DNA of 64,000 nt from the human T2T-CHM13v2.0 reference genome, Homo sapiens: assembly GCF_009914755.1 (NCBI RefSeq), contig NC_060948.1. One strand, written 5' to 3'. Position numbers and translations under genes: made by a program. Below are positions 1-12,491 of the stretch, in pieces. Under the pieces are notes generated by a model. That model saw nothing but the letters and a program-made list of their open reading frames with translations, searched no databases and was not told the origin of the DNA. Each line of letters starts with the position of its first letter. Position 1 is the first letter of the stretch.

Positions 1-141
1 TCAAGGTGATGTACTGGATATGAGTTGAAAGATGTGTATACGACGTATTTATCAACAAAAATTGGAACAAGGTAAATATGTTCTGATAGAGGAATAATTC
101 AAATAGAGTATTTTCATACCATTTAATACTCAGCTACGAAG

Positions 142-377
142 CAGGGCTGGTAAACTTTTCTGGAAAAGAATAGATAGTAAGTATTGTAGATTTGTGGGCC
201 ATATGGTGTCTGTCAGAAATAATCGATTCTGCTATTGTAGCACAGCAATGGGCATAGATAGTACATAAAGGAATCAGCACATTCATGTTCCAATAAAACT
301 TTGTTAATTTACCAAAAAAAAAAAAAACACAAAACCCAGGTGGAATTGGCTTATGAGCCTTAATTTGCAGACCCCTG
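142..377 (+). mobile_element. MER58A (hAT-Charlie MITE)
   Basis: Termini cagggctggtaaac...tttgcagacccctg; internal gggccatatgg and gttccaataaaactt match the MER58A consensus. Confidence 0.85.
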
Positions 378-506
378 GTTTACAGAGATGATATGGATTT
401 GTATTTACTGACAAAGAGAGCTGATTATAATATACTATTGGGCAAAAACAAAAGCAGATACTAGTATAGCATTTATGGTATGATGTCACTTATGCAAAAT
501 GAAGAT

Positions 507-508
<2 letters not shown>

Positions 509-552
<44 letters not shown>
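509..552. repeat. (TA)n microsatellite
   Basis: Perfect AT dinucleotide run. Confidence 0.98.
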
Positions 553-555
<3 letters not shown>

Positions 556-730
556 TAGAGAAGTGTCTAGAAGGATGTTCAGCAAATACTAACGAAGATA
601 TTATCACTAGGTTGAAGAATTTGAGATGATTTTTTTCCTTTATTTGTTTTCACATTTTTTCATTACTAGAAAAAATATTTTTATTTAATAATTCATACTC
701 TTTGACAGAGTACTTCCACGGTTGTTGTTG

Positions 731-838
731 GGGTTGCCGCACAGCTGTGAAGCCTGTGCAGTTGCACACTTCCAGGAGATGCCATCACATGGACTACAAT
801 GTGAAGGATTCCCCCAGAGTTGTGTGGCGAGGCAGTCT
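731..838. mobile_element. MER91-like palindromic MITE (hAT-Tip100)
   Basis: tgtgcagttgcacacttccagg...cacatggactacaatgtgaa...cccagagttgtg resembles the MER91A core. Confidence 0.65.
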
Positions 839-869
839 TCCCACCTCCCATTCTCTGTTCAGCTCTGTC

Positions 870-1020
870 CAATTAATTCAGCAAGCATTTGTTTGTCATC
901 TACTACACTAGACATTGTTCTAGACAGAAATATCGGGAAACAAAGCATACAAAAATGTTTGCCCTTGTAGTGCTTTATGTTCTAGTGAAGGAGAAAGATG
1001 ATAAGGAGAATAAAGAGTGA
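870..1020 (-). mobile_element. L2 3' end fragment
   Basis: attcagcaagcatttgttt...cattgttctag...gcccttgtagtgctttatgttctagt. Confidence 0.6.
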
Positions 1021-1104
1021 CACATATGCAAGCTTCCTGGAGGTCAAGTAGCCCAGTTTTTGGCAGAGGGAATAGCCAGTGGGAAGAAGGCAGGCAGGGC
1101 AAAT

Positions 1105-1233
1105 ATTTACAACCCTCGTTTTACAGAAGAGAACATTGGAACTTAGGGAGGTTTAAGGGATGGCTGAGGGTCAGAACGTGGTCAGCACCAGAAGCAAGGC
1201 CTTTCAATTGCAAGGTCAGGGTTCCTTCCACAC
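1105..1233 (-). mobile_element. MIR/MIR3 fragment
   Basis: ttttacagaagagaa...agggaggtttaag...ggtcag MIR core. Confidence 0.55.
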
Positions 1234-1699
1234 TGGGACAAGAGGCAGCACCTGCAAGATAAGGTAGAGGTGAATGAACCTAGGTGGCTTTAGTTAGATT
1301 CTGCAGACTTTTATGACAGGCCAATGCATATAAATGATAATAGCTGACATCACATTAAGAAAAAGATGCAGCATCTCATGAGATCTACTACATGCTCCTG
1401 ATTAGGAAAAGGAATGTTGAAAAATAGCACTGAGTTTATAAAAATAGCGTTTAGGGTGTAATTCTCATTTTTTTAGTACATGAATGCTTAAGAAAGATGT
1501 TCATCAAATGTTAGCAATGCTTATTACTTGATGGTAGGATTTCAAAGAGTTTTAAATTTTCTTCTTTATTCTTTTCTGAATTGTTTGAGTTTTTTGCAAT
1601 GAGAGTGTGAAAACAGAAGAAATAAAAAAGTTTGATGTTAGAAAGATACCATTAAGCTAACATTTACACACTCTGTGCTGTTCCACAGCACCTGTAGTA

Positions 1700-1815
1700 C
1701 CACTATTTCTTTGTAAATTCTTCCAGGGCAGAGACTGTGTTTTATTCATTCTTCTTTGCCCAGCATGTGGAACCTCCTACAAAACAAGCATTCAACAGGG
1801 TTTGTGGAACAAATG
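1700..1815 (+). mobile_element. L2 3' end fragment
   Basis: gtaaattcttccagggcagagactgtgttttattcatt...cccagc. Confidence 0.6.
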
Positions 1816-2200
1816 CAAAGTGCATTTGCGAACTGCAGCTTATATAATCTACAACAGACACCTAGGGGGGCTCAGGAATGACACGAACAGTTTCCAGCCG
1901 AAGGGAATTTCATTTTCTTTTCTAGTTGGAGTTTCCATGGCACCCAGAAGACCAGGGATCCTGGTAAGAAAGTTTTAAAACGCTGAAGTGGTAAGTTTGT
2001 AAATTTGTGATACCTGGTGTCAAGTCCTACTTCAGGAATCTACAAAAATTGGGCCTTTTGAATAGAAGTGTTTTAGTGAATAATGAGTGATGTGGCAACT
2101 TATTCTGATAATATTTCAATCTAGCTTTTTGCTTTTAATGGTAGTTGCCATTTCTATTGGGCTGCATCATTCCCAGGAAAGCCTTCTTTTAAAATCAGTA

Positions 2201-2558
2201 CAGGATGTGTGCATCCTAATACAAAAATCCCAAATCCAGAAATGCCCCTGAATCTGAAAGTTTTTCAGTGCTAATATGAGATAGTGAAACCTTTGCTTTC
2301 AGATGGTTCAGTGTACAAAAACATTGTTTCATAGACAAAATTATTTAAGGTGTTGTATAAAATTACTTTCAGACTATGTGCCTAAGGTATATATGAAACA
2401 TAAATGAATTCCATGTTTAGATTTGGGTCTCACTCCCAGATATCTCATTATATATATGCAAATATTCCAAAATCAAAATCAAAAACAAACAAACAAAAAA
2501 ACCGCCAAATCCGAAACACTTCTGGTTTCAAGCATTTTGGAGAAGGGATTTTCAGCCT
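2201..2558. mobile_element. Tigger4b/MER46-like (TcMar-Tigger) MITE
   Basis: catcctaatacaaaaatcccaaatccagaaatg ... aaatccgaaacacttctggtttcaagcattttggagaagggattttcagcct. Confidence 0.8.
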
Positions 2559-3157
2559 CTCCCTAGAGATTAATTTGTTTGATGTGGTCAATTGCCTGAT
2601 TATTCAAACTCCTCAAAAAGTGCAGGTCTTTCCTCCATACCACCTGTTTAGGTTTTGAATAGTTTAGAAAAAAAAATAAGTGACTGTCTTTAAGTCATTG
2701 ATTAAAAGTTAATAGCCTTAAAATGTTTCCATTCCTATTTTATTACAAAGTATTGCTCGAAACAAGTTTTAATAGTGAGAAGGAAAGTTGTCACCCATAG
2801 GTTTAGGCACAATTTTTCAGTCTCCTTTACTCACTTAGCATTAGACTAGAAACACTTTCCCAATGATTTTTTGAATACTTGTGTAGCATTTGAACTTGTA
2901 GATGACCACACTGTACAAAACCATTGCAGAATTAGCATACATTCATATTAGTGTTAGTTTTTTAGTGATTTTTAATTGAACAGGGAAATTTTACATATTT
3001 GGCTCTATTCTGTAACTACAAGCAAAATTCTAACTGACTTTTCCCTCTTTCAGATTCTTAATTATTAAACTCATCTGACCATTTTTATTTTTATTTATTT
3101 AATTGACAAAGAGCGTATATACTCAAGGTGTACAATGCAATTATTTGATATGCCTAA

Positions 3158-3192
3158 ATTAGGTTGGTGCAATTAGTTTGCACCAACCTAAT
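3158..3192. mobile_element. Internally deleted MADE1 (Hsmar1 MITE), TIR tips only
   Basis: attaggttggtgcaa-ttagt-ttgcaccaacctaat, a perfect 15-bp inverted repeat of the Hsmar1 TIR tip. Confidence 0.85.
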
Positions 3193-3400
3193 ACATTGTA
3201 TAATTACTACAATCAAATTAATTAATACATACATTATCACCCATGCTATACATTAGATTCTCAGAAATTGCTCATCTTATAACTGAAAGTTTGTCCCCTT
3301 TGGTCAAAATCTACCCATTTCCCCCACCGCCATTCCCTGGCAACTGCCATGGTACTCTATGTTTTGATGAGTTCAACTCTCTTATATTCTGCATATAATA

Positions 3401-3882
3401 CACTGTTGACCCTTGAACAGCGTGGAGTTTGAGCACTGACCCCTGCATAGTCGCAAATCAGCATATAACTTTTTCTTAAGGCATGGGGTCTCACTATGTT
3501 TCCCAGACTGGGCCTTGAATTACCTTGGCCTTAAAACTTGATTCTCCAAAAGCTTAACTACTAATAGCCTACTATTGACCAATAGCCTTACCAATAACGT
3601 AAACACTTGATTAACATGTATTTTGTATATGTATTATATACTGTATTTGTACGCTAAAGTAAACTATAGAAAAGATGGTGTTATTAAGAAAATCATAAGG
3701 AAAAGAAAATATATTTACTATTCCTTAAGTCAAAGCGGAGAGGTCTTCATACTCCTTGTGTTCCTATTGGGTAGACTGAGGAAGAGAAGGAAGAGGAGGA
3801 TTGGTCTTGCTGTCTCAGATGTGACAGAAACAGAAGAAAATTCACATATAAGTGGACCTGTACCATTCAAACTCATGATGTT
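3401..3882. mobile_element. Tigger2a/MER28 with a small Alu-derived insert (~3472-3532)
   Basis: ctgttgacccttgaacag...aactactaatagcctact...gaaaattcacatataagtggacc...ttcaaactc. Confidence 0.85.
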
Positions 3883-4355
3883 CTATTAGTCTATGTGTTT
3901 GTTTTTATGCCAGTACCATACTCTTTAGATTAACATAGCTTTGTAACATAGTTTGAAATCAGGAAATGTGATGCCTCCAGCTTCGCTCTTCTTTCTCAAG
4001 ATTGCTTTGGTCAGGTTTTTTTGTGGTTCCATATGAATCTTAGAATTATTTTTTCTCTATCTGTGAAGAATGCTGCCATTGGAATTTTGATAGAGTTTGC
4101 AATGAACCTATAGATCACCTTGGGTAGTATGGATATTTTAATAATATTAATTCTGATACATGAACATGTGATGTCTTTCTTTTTATTTGTGTCATCTTCA
4201 ATTTATTTTCTCAGTGTTTTATATGCTGATATTTAAACTTCTTGGTTAAATGTATTCCTAAGTAATTTTATTGTGCTTGTTGCTATTGTAAGTAGGATTG
4301 TTTTCTTTCTTTCTTTTTCAGATAATTTGTTGGTGCTGTATAGAAGTGCAATTCA

Positions 4356-4635
4356 TTGTTCAATTCCCACCAGTGATTGAGAACGTGCGGTGTTTGGTTT
4401 TTTGTCCTTGCGATAGTTTGCTGAGAATGATGGTTTCCAGCTTCATCCATGTCTCTACAAAGGACATGAACTCATCATTTTTTATGGCAGCATAGTATTC
4501 CATGGTGTATATGTGCCACATTTTCTTAATCCAGTCTATCATTGTTGGAGTTAATGGGTGCAGCACACCAACATGGCACATGTATACATATGTAACAAAC
4601 CTGCACGTTGTGCACATGTACCCTAAAACTTAAAG

Positions 4636-4679
<44 letters not shown>

Positions 4680-4680
4680 A
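4356..4680 (+). mobile_element. Young L1PA (PA3/PA4-like) 3' fragment with twin-priming inversion
   Basis: 4356-4548 antisense L1 3' end, 4549-4680 sense with (TAA)n tail; TSD agaa(g/t)tgcaattca at 4342-4355 and 4681-4694. Confidence 0.9.
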
Positions 4681-6281
4681 AGAATTGCAATTCAATTTTA
4701 ATGTTGATTTTGGTATTCTGGAACTTTACTGAATTCTCTTTTTAGGTCTAACAGTTTTTTGGTGGAGTTTCTGTATACAAGGTCATGTCATCTACGGAGA
4801 CAATTTTGCTTCTTCCTTTCTGATTTGGATATTTTTTATTTCTTTTTCTTGCCTAACTGCTCTAGGTAGCACTTGTGGTACTATGCACAATAGAAGTGGT
4901 GAGTGTGGGCACCCTTGTTCCTGATCATAGAAGAAAAGCTTTCTGCTTTTTACCATTGGGTATGATGTTGGCTGTGGGCTTGTCCAATATGGCATTTATT
5001 CTGTTGAGGAACATTCCTTGCATACCTAATTTGGTGAGAGTTTTAACAGCATTTTGAAGTATAAGTGACATAAAATAAACAGCATATGTATCTAGTGTAC
5101 AATTTGATAAGTTTTGACATACGTATATACCCATGAAGCCGATCAATATAGTGAACATAAACATCATCCCAAAAGGTATCCTTGTGCTCCTTTGTAATCT
5201 CTCCTTCCTGTCTCTCTCCATGTACCCTCTTCTCAGGCAACCACTGATCTCCTTTCTGTCATACAGATTGGTTTTAATTGTCTAGAGGCATATACCAATG
5301 TAATAATACAATAAGTAGTTTATTTTGGTGTGGCTTCTTTTATTCAGCATAATTACTTTAACATTCATTCATATTGTTGTATGTATCCATAGACCTTTTT
5401 TTTTTTTTTTTTTTTTTTTTTGCTGAATAGTATTTCATTGTATGAATACACCAACATTTCTTTATCTAGTTACCTGTTATGGACATTTGGGTTGTTTTCA
5501 GTGTGAGACTTTTACAAATAAAGCTGCTATAAACATTTATATATGAGTCACTTTATGATACGCTTTTAGTTCTCTTGGATATACAAGTGCTGGATCACAT
5601 AGCAGGAATACGTCTGACTTTTTAAGAAACTGCAGGTTTTCCATTTTTCGTTTCCAACAGTATATCAGTTCTAATTCCTCCACCTCCTTGACAACATTTG
5701 GTATTGTCAATCTTTTTAAATTTAGCTATTGTGGTAGGCATATAATGCTTTTAACTTGTATTTTCCTAACTACTAATGATTTTGAACATCTTTTCATATG
5801 CTTATTTCCCATCCCTGTATCTTCTTTGTGGAAGTATCTGTTCAAGTATTTTGCCCATTGTTTTATTGTTTTTCTAACTCGATTTTGAGAGTACTTTATA
5901 CATTCTGGATGAAGGTTGTTATCAGACATATTCTGTGCAAATATTTTCTCCCAGTCTGGCTTGTTTTCTCATTCTCTTAGTAGCATCATCTGAAGAACAG
6001 AAGTTTTGAATTTTGATGAAATCCAGTTTATCAGTTTGTTCTTTTATGGATCATGCTTTTGGTGTTACAGCTAAGAAATCTTTGCCCAGTGCAAAGTCAC
6101 AAAGATTTTCTTTTAGAAATGTTATCGTTTTTGGTTTCTAACTTAGGCCTGTGACCCATTTTTCAGTTCATTTCTAGGTATAGTGTGAAGTATGGATTTT
6201 GCATATGGTAACCAATTATTCTAGCACCATTTGTTGAAAAGACTGTCCTTTCTCCACTTAATTACATTTGCACATTTGTAA

Positions 6282-6306
6282 ACACAAACACACAGACAGA
6301 CAGACA

Positions 6307-6352
<46 letters not shown>
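6282..6352. repeat. (CAGA)n/(CA)n microsatellite
   Basis: Direct observation. Confidence 0.95.
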
Positions 6353-6355
<3 letters not shown>

Positions 6356-7158
6356 CATATATATTTAGGTCTCTTTCTGGGCTCTCTATATTTTTTAATG
6401 ATATCCCTTGTCTATTGTGATGTCAATACCCACTATTTTGGTTACTGTAGCTTAGTAATAAGTCTTGACGTGAGACAGTGTTAATCCGCCTAGTTCTTCT
6501 TTTCCCAAATTGTTTTGTCTAGTATGGTTCCTTTTCATTTCCACATTAATCTTAGAGTCAGCTTGTCAATTTCTATAAAATGTCTGCTAGGGTTTTGATT
6601 GTGATTCCATTGAATCCATAATTTGGAGATAATTGGCATATTAATAATAATGAGTCTTTTAATCCATAAACATGGTCTATCTCTCCATTTATATAGGTCC
6701 TTAATTTCTTTTGGCAATGTATTATAGTTTATAGTGTACACATCTTTCACATTTTATGTCAGATTTATCCCTATGTATTTCATATTTTTATGTTATTCAA
6801 AGTATTTTTAAAATTTCAACTTGTGATTGTTCTTTGCTAGTCTGTAGAAATACAGTTGATTTTTTATTGATATTTTATCCTAAAACCTTAGCTAAAATCA
6901 ATTATTACTTCTAACTTTTTTGTGTTTCTATTAGATTTTCTAGATAGATAGTCATGTTGGCTATATATAAAGACAGTTTTATTTCTTCCATTCTGGATGC
7001 ATTTTTTTCATGTCTGATTATATGTTCCAGTATCTCCAGCACAAGGTTGAATACAAGTGGTGAGAGCAGACATCCTTGTCTTAGTCCTGATCACAGAGGA
7101 AATGCATTCAGTCTTTTATCATGAAGTAAGTTTTTAGCTATAGATTTTTCATAGATGC

Positions 7159-7709
7159 TGTATTATTCAGGAGTCTCCAGAGGAACAGAACTAATAGGAG
7201 AGATGTGTATATGAAAGGGAATTTATTAAGGAGTATTGACTCACATGATCACAAGGTGAAATCCCATGATAGGCCGTCTACAAGCTGACGAGCAAGAAAG
7301 CCCAGTCCAAGCCCCAAAACCTCAAAAATAGGGAAGCCAACAGTGCCGCCTTCAGTCTGTGGCCGAAGGCCTGAGAGCCCTTAGCAAACCACTGGCATCA
7401 AGCCTGAGACTCCAAAAGCTGAAAAACATGCACTCCGATGTTTGAGGGCAGGAAGCATCCAGCACAGGAGAAAGATGAAAGCCGGAAGGCTCAGCAAGTC
7501 TAGTTCTTCCATGTTCTTCTGCCTGCTTTATTCTAGCTGTGCTGGCAGCTGATTAGATTGTGGCCACCCAGAATGAGGGTGGGTCTGCCTCTCCCAGTCT
7601 ACTGACTCAAATGTTAATCTCCTTTGGCAACACCCTCACAGACACACCCAGGAACACTACTTCGCATCCTTCAAGCTAGTCAAGTTAATACTCAGTATTA
7701 ACCATCACA
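7159..7709 (-). mobile_element. MLT2A-type solo LTR (ERVL)
   Basis: tgtatt...ggagtctccagaggaacagaactaatagg...attaaccatcaca; 5-bp TSD gatgc on both sides (7154-7158, 7710-7714). Confidence 0.9.
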
Positions 7710-8220
7710 GATGCCCTTTATCAGTTTGAGGAAATGCTTTTCTATGCTTAGTTTGCTGAAAGTTTTTATTTAATAATACATGTTAGATTTTTGTTACCTG
7801 CTTTTTCTGTGTCTTTTGAGATGATCATGTGATTTATCTCTTTGCTAACATGGAGAATTGTACTGATTTATTTTCAGTGTAAAATCATCCTGAATTCCTA
7901 GGAAGTAAAATCCCAATTTATCATGATATTGTATTCTTTTTATAGATTTTGAATTCAGCTTGCTAAAATTTTAATTTTTTTCTTCTATATTCATGAAGAA
8001 TCTTGGCCTATAGTTTGCTTTTTTGTTAACATCTTAGTAAGGTTTTTGTGCCATGGTAATTCTGGTCTCTTACAAATATTCCCTGCCTCATAAGTTCTCT
8101 GGGATAGTTTGTATAGAATTGGTATTATTTCTTCATTAAATGTTTGGCAGAATTCACTGGCAAAGCTATCTGGGTCTCAAATCTCCTTTGTGGGAAGATT
8201 TCTAACTACAAATTGAAAAT

Positions 8221-8601
<381 letters not shown>

Positions 8602-8808
8602 TGATATTTTATATGTTTTAGGACATTTGTTAATTTCATTTCCATTGTAAAATTTATGGGCATAAAATTTTACAAGTGATATTCCCTTTTTATACTTTTT
8701 AATATCTTAGAAACCACTGATACCCATTCTCTCATTCCTAATGTGAAAAATTTTGATCTCTCCTTTTTCCTAATCAATCTATCTTGAGATTTATCCATTT
8801 TCTTTTGC

Positions 8809-9120
8809 TTTGTTTTTTTTTTTTTTTTCCTCTCTGAGATGGAGATTCAGTCTTGTTGCCCAGGCTGCAGTGCAATGGGTTGATCTCGGCTCAATGGGGC
8901 AACCTCCGCCTCCTGGGTTCAGGCAATTCTCCTGCGTCAACATCCTGAGTAGTTGGGATTACAGGTGTGCACCACCAAGCCCAGCTAATTTTTGCATTTT
9001 TCAGTAGAGATGGTGTCTCACCATATTGGTCAGGCTCATTTAGAACTCCTGACCTCAGGTGATCCACCTGCCCTGGCCTTCCAAAGTGTTGGGATTTCAG
9101 GCATGAGCCAGTGTGCCCAA
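8809..9120 (-). mobile_element. AluS (Sq/Sp-like)
   Basis: Full Alu, antisense; tcttgttgcccagg and gtgcaatgg variants. Confidence 0.9.
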
Positions 9121-10031
9121 CTCCATTTTATTTTTCTTGTCAAGAAACCAACTTTGTTTTTGTTGATTTTCTCTATTTTTGTCTTCTATTTTATTGATTT
9201 CTCTTTTGATCTTTATTATTTCCTACTGTCTGCTTCCTTTGAGTTTAATGTGCACTCTTGTTTTTATTATTTATTTCTTGTGATGGATCCTGAGGTCATT
9301 GCCTTGAATCATTTTTTTTTTTTTTTGTAAAATAGGTATTTGGTGTTATACAGTTCCATTAGTATTAGTATTAGATGCCAAACATTAGTGGCATCCTACA
9401 AATTCTTATATACTGTATTTTCATTTTCACTCACCTCAGAATATTTTGTAATTTCCCTTTTGATTTCTTCTTTGAACTGTGAGTTATTTAGAAGCATGTT
9501 ATTTAGTTTCTAGATATTTGGGTATTTTTCAGTTATCCCTCTTCTATTGATTTCTAATTTAATTTCACTGTGGTCAAAGAACATATTTGTATGACTTGAA
9601 TCTTTTTACGTATATTGAGAATGGTTTTATGGCTCAGAATGTAGTTGGTCTTTGTAAATGGCCCATGTGTACTTGAAAATAATATATATTCTGCTGCCAT
9701 TGGATGGAGTGTTGTAAAAATGTCAATTAGGAGTTGTTTGATAGTATTGTTCAAATCTGTTATATCCTTGCTGATTTTCTGTCCACTTGTTCTATTAATT
9801 ATCGAGAAAGGATTATTGAAATTCCCAGCTACAATTATGGATGTGTTTATTTCTCCTTACAATCTATTAGTTTTTGCCTCATGTATTTGAAGCACTGTTA
9901 TGAAGTACCTAAACCCTTAGGATTGTCACATTTTCATTAACTGACCAATTTGTCATGCTGAAATGACTCTCTGCCTACGGTAACATTTTTCACTCTAAGA
10001 TTTACTTCTTTTAGTATATTAATATAGCCTC

Positions 10032-11015
10032 TGTCGAGGGCTCAGCTGGAGAGAGAGCTGAGCTGCCAGGTTTTAACGTGGTCAGTTAAGAAAACGGCCA
10101 AACTTAAAAAGAAAAAAAAAAAAGAAACCATCAAGACTTTATTCACTTATGCAACAGTATAAGCAAGAAGCAAAAAAGGAAGAAGTGCCAGCTCCCAGAA
10201 TGTTCCATGTTTTCCCCCATGGAGCAGCTCAGAGGAGGGGAGTTTGGGGTATGGGGATGATCATCTCCCTGCTTAGCGAGACGGACTGCCGAACATGAGC
10301 CTCCTGCTATTTCGCTGTTGCTGGGAATTTATGGACCCTGTGGTGAAGGGTGGGAGTTTGGGGAAGGCTAGGAGTGGAAGATACTTAATACTGAGGACCG
10401 CGGAGGCGGAGGTTGTTGCAGTGAGCCGAGATCGCGCCACTGCACTCCATCCTAAGCGACAGCATGAGACTCAGTCTCAAAAAAAAAAAAAAAAAAAAAA
10501 AAAAGAAGAAGAAGAGGAGGAGGAGGAGGGAGGGGGAGGAGGAGGAGGAGGAGAATGAGAAGAAAAGAAAAAAGAAGAAGAAGAAGAGGAAGAAGGGGAA
10601 GAAGAAGAGAAGGAAGCGGAAGAGGAAGAAGAAGAAGGAGAAGAGGAAGAAGAAGAAGAAGCAGAAGAAGAAGAAGAGGAGGAAGAAGAAGAAGAAGAGA
10701 GAAAAGCATGTTTTTCAGGTTACCCTCAAGAAGTTGGTGTCTAGTAGAGGCAGCCAAGAAAGACCTCTGCCAGGACCCTCCTGATCCGGGGACCTCTGCA
10801 TGGACGTATCTGGGCTGGGAATGCAGGTATGTGTAAGAACATAAGTGCGGGGGGACGTGAGTCTTTGATACAACTCCCCTAGGGGACTGTGTGCTCTGGT
10901 TCTGGTTGTGCACCGAGGCCGGTGGGGAGGACCCATGGAACAAACTTGTGGTAAGGCCTTTGTAGTGGCTGAAAACTCACACACAGAGTTGGGTTTTGGC
11001 TCTCAGAAAACTGCT
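10032..11015 (-). mobile_element. Probable old LTR (ERVL-like, family uncertain) interrupted by an Alu fragment and GA-rich repeat
   Basis: Non-L1 insert splitting the L1 motif taatatagcc|actccagc; begins tgtcg; antisense polyA signal (tttatt) near 10138. Confidence 0.4.
10401..10705 (+). mobile_element. 5'-truncated Alu right arm with expanded A/(GAA)/(GAG) tail
   Basis: ggaggcggaggttgttgcagtgagccgagatcgcgcc...tctc(A)n followed by purine triplet repeats. Confidence 0.9.
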
Positions 11016-11082
11016 CAGCCACTCCAGCTTCCTCTTGGCCAGTGTCAGCAATGGCATACCCTTGTCAAAACTTAGACTATTT

Positions 11083-11189
11083 GGCCAGGCCCCGTGGCTC
11101 ATGCCTGTAATGCCGGTACTTTGGGAGGCTGGGGCAGGTGGATCCTGAGCGCAGGAGTTTGAGAACAGCCTGGCCTCAAGAAAAAAAAA
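11083..11189 (+). mobile_element. FLAM/Alu left monomer
   Basis: ggccaggccccgtggctcatgcctgtaat...agcctggcctcaag(A)n. Confidence 0.8.
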
Positions 11190-11810
11190 TTTTTTTTCAC
11201 TTTTAACCCATTTGTGTCTTTATATTTTAAAGTGCATCTCTTGCAGGCAGCACAAAGTTGTCTTGCATTTTTATCCAATCTGACAGTCTGCCTTTTAATG
11301 GGGCTAATTGGACTATTTTTATTTAAACTTTTTATCTGTAATGGCTAACTTTCACTCTATCACATTGGCATTTGTTTCTTATTTGTTCCACCTGTTCTTT
11401 GTTCCTTTTTTCCTCCCTCTCTGTCTTATTTTAGATTAATTGGATTAATTTAGATTAACTGGATTGATTTGAATTAGTTGAGTATTTTTATGATCTATTT
11501 TTATCTCCTTTATAGACTTATTAGCTTTAACTCTTTGTTTTATTATTTTAGTGGTAGCATACATCTTTTCTTATCACGATATATTTTGAGGGATACTATA
11601 CCTCTTCATATGTGGTATGATATCCTCAAATGGGTATACTTCTATTTCTCCCCCCACCAGCCTTTATGTTATTGTTTTTGTCTTCCAATTTATATAAGTC
11701 ATAACCCCTATAATACATGGTTATTATTTATGTTTAAATAGCCAATTATCTCTTATTTGGTAATTTTTATTGTGATAAAATATACATAACATAAAATTTA
11801 CCATTTTAAC

Positions 11811-12486
11811 TGTTATCAGTGGTGAATCCACACAAGACTGCAGCAACCTCAATTCTTACCTCCTTCAGAAGAAAGAATTCAACCAAAGGGAATAAGGCAG
11901 AGGGAGAAACTGAGGCAAGCTTAAGGGAAGGAGTGAAAGTTTATTAAGAAGTTTTAGAGCAAGAATGAAAGGAAGTGAAGTACGCTTGGAAGAGGGGCAA
12001 GCGGGTGACTTGAGAGATCAAGTGCAAGGTTTGACCGTTGACTTGGGTTTTTATGCTTCTGGGGTGATTGTGCCCTTCTCCCCTGATCCTTCCCTTGGGG
12101 TGGCCTGCCAGCACTTAGGAGGGGCCACGTGTGCAGTGTGTTTACTAAAGTTGTATTCAGGCCGCCTTGAAACATTTTTCCCTTACCGGTTGAGTATTCC
12201 CTAAGGAAGGTGAGGTACCAGTTAATTCCACCATTTTGCCTCTTAGTGTGCATGCTTGAGTTCACTCACCCAACTCCTGCCATCTAATCAGGAAGCTGCT
12301 GATCATCAGTTTCAGGTGTTTTCTATCTATTGGGAGACTGCGTTTCCCTGGCGCTGGCTGCAACCAATTATTATTTTAGAGACAGTTTAACAACCACCTC
12401 ACTATCACCTTATGGTCGCCTGACATTCCTGGTGAAGAGGGCCCTCTCCTTCCCTGCTCATGTCTGCCTAACTACCTATGGTAACA
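11811..12486 (-). mobile_element. MER50 solo LTR (ERV1/MER4 group)
   Basis: tgtta...ctgctcatgtctgcctaactacc...taaca; ctattgggagactgc and cattttgcctcttagtgtgcatgcttgag match MER50. Confidence 0.85.
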
Positions 12487-12491
12487 AAAGC

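Larger units (their letters stand above)
1..690 (+). mobile_element. Ancient L1ME-type 3' end fragment, interrupted by MER58A and (TA)n
   Basis: Degenerate L1ME 3'-UTR motifs (atttaatactcagct..., atgatgtcacttatgc..., gtctagaaggatg...caaatactaac). Confidence 0.5.
3083..5045 (-). mobile_element. L1MA-type 3' UTR/ORF2 fragment with nested MADE1, Tigger2a and young L1
   Basis: T-rich tail at 3083; L1 ORF2 antisense motifs (tttatgccagtaccat, tgtggttccatatgaat, agtggtgagtgtgggcacccttgt). Confidence 0.75.

Noticed and set aside
10295-10984. Poly-K/R/E/L ORFs of up to 163 aa
   Set aside because: Translations of an Alu tail (GAA/GAG)n microsatellite
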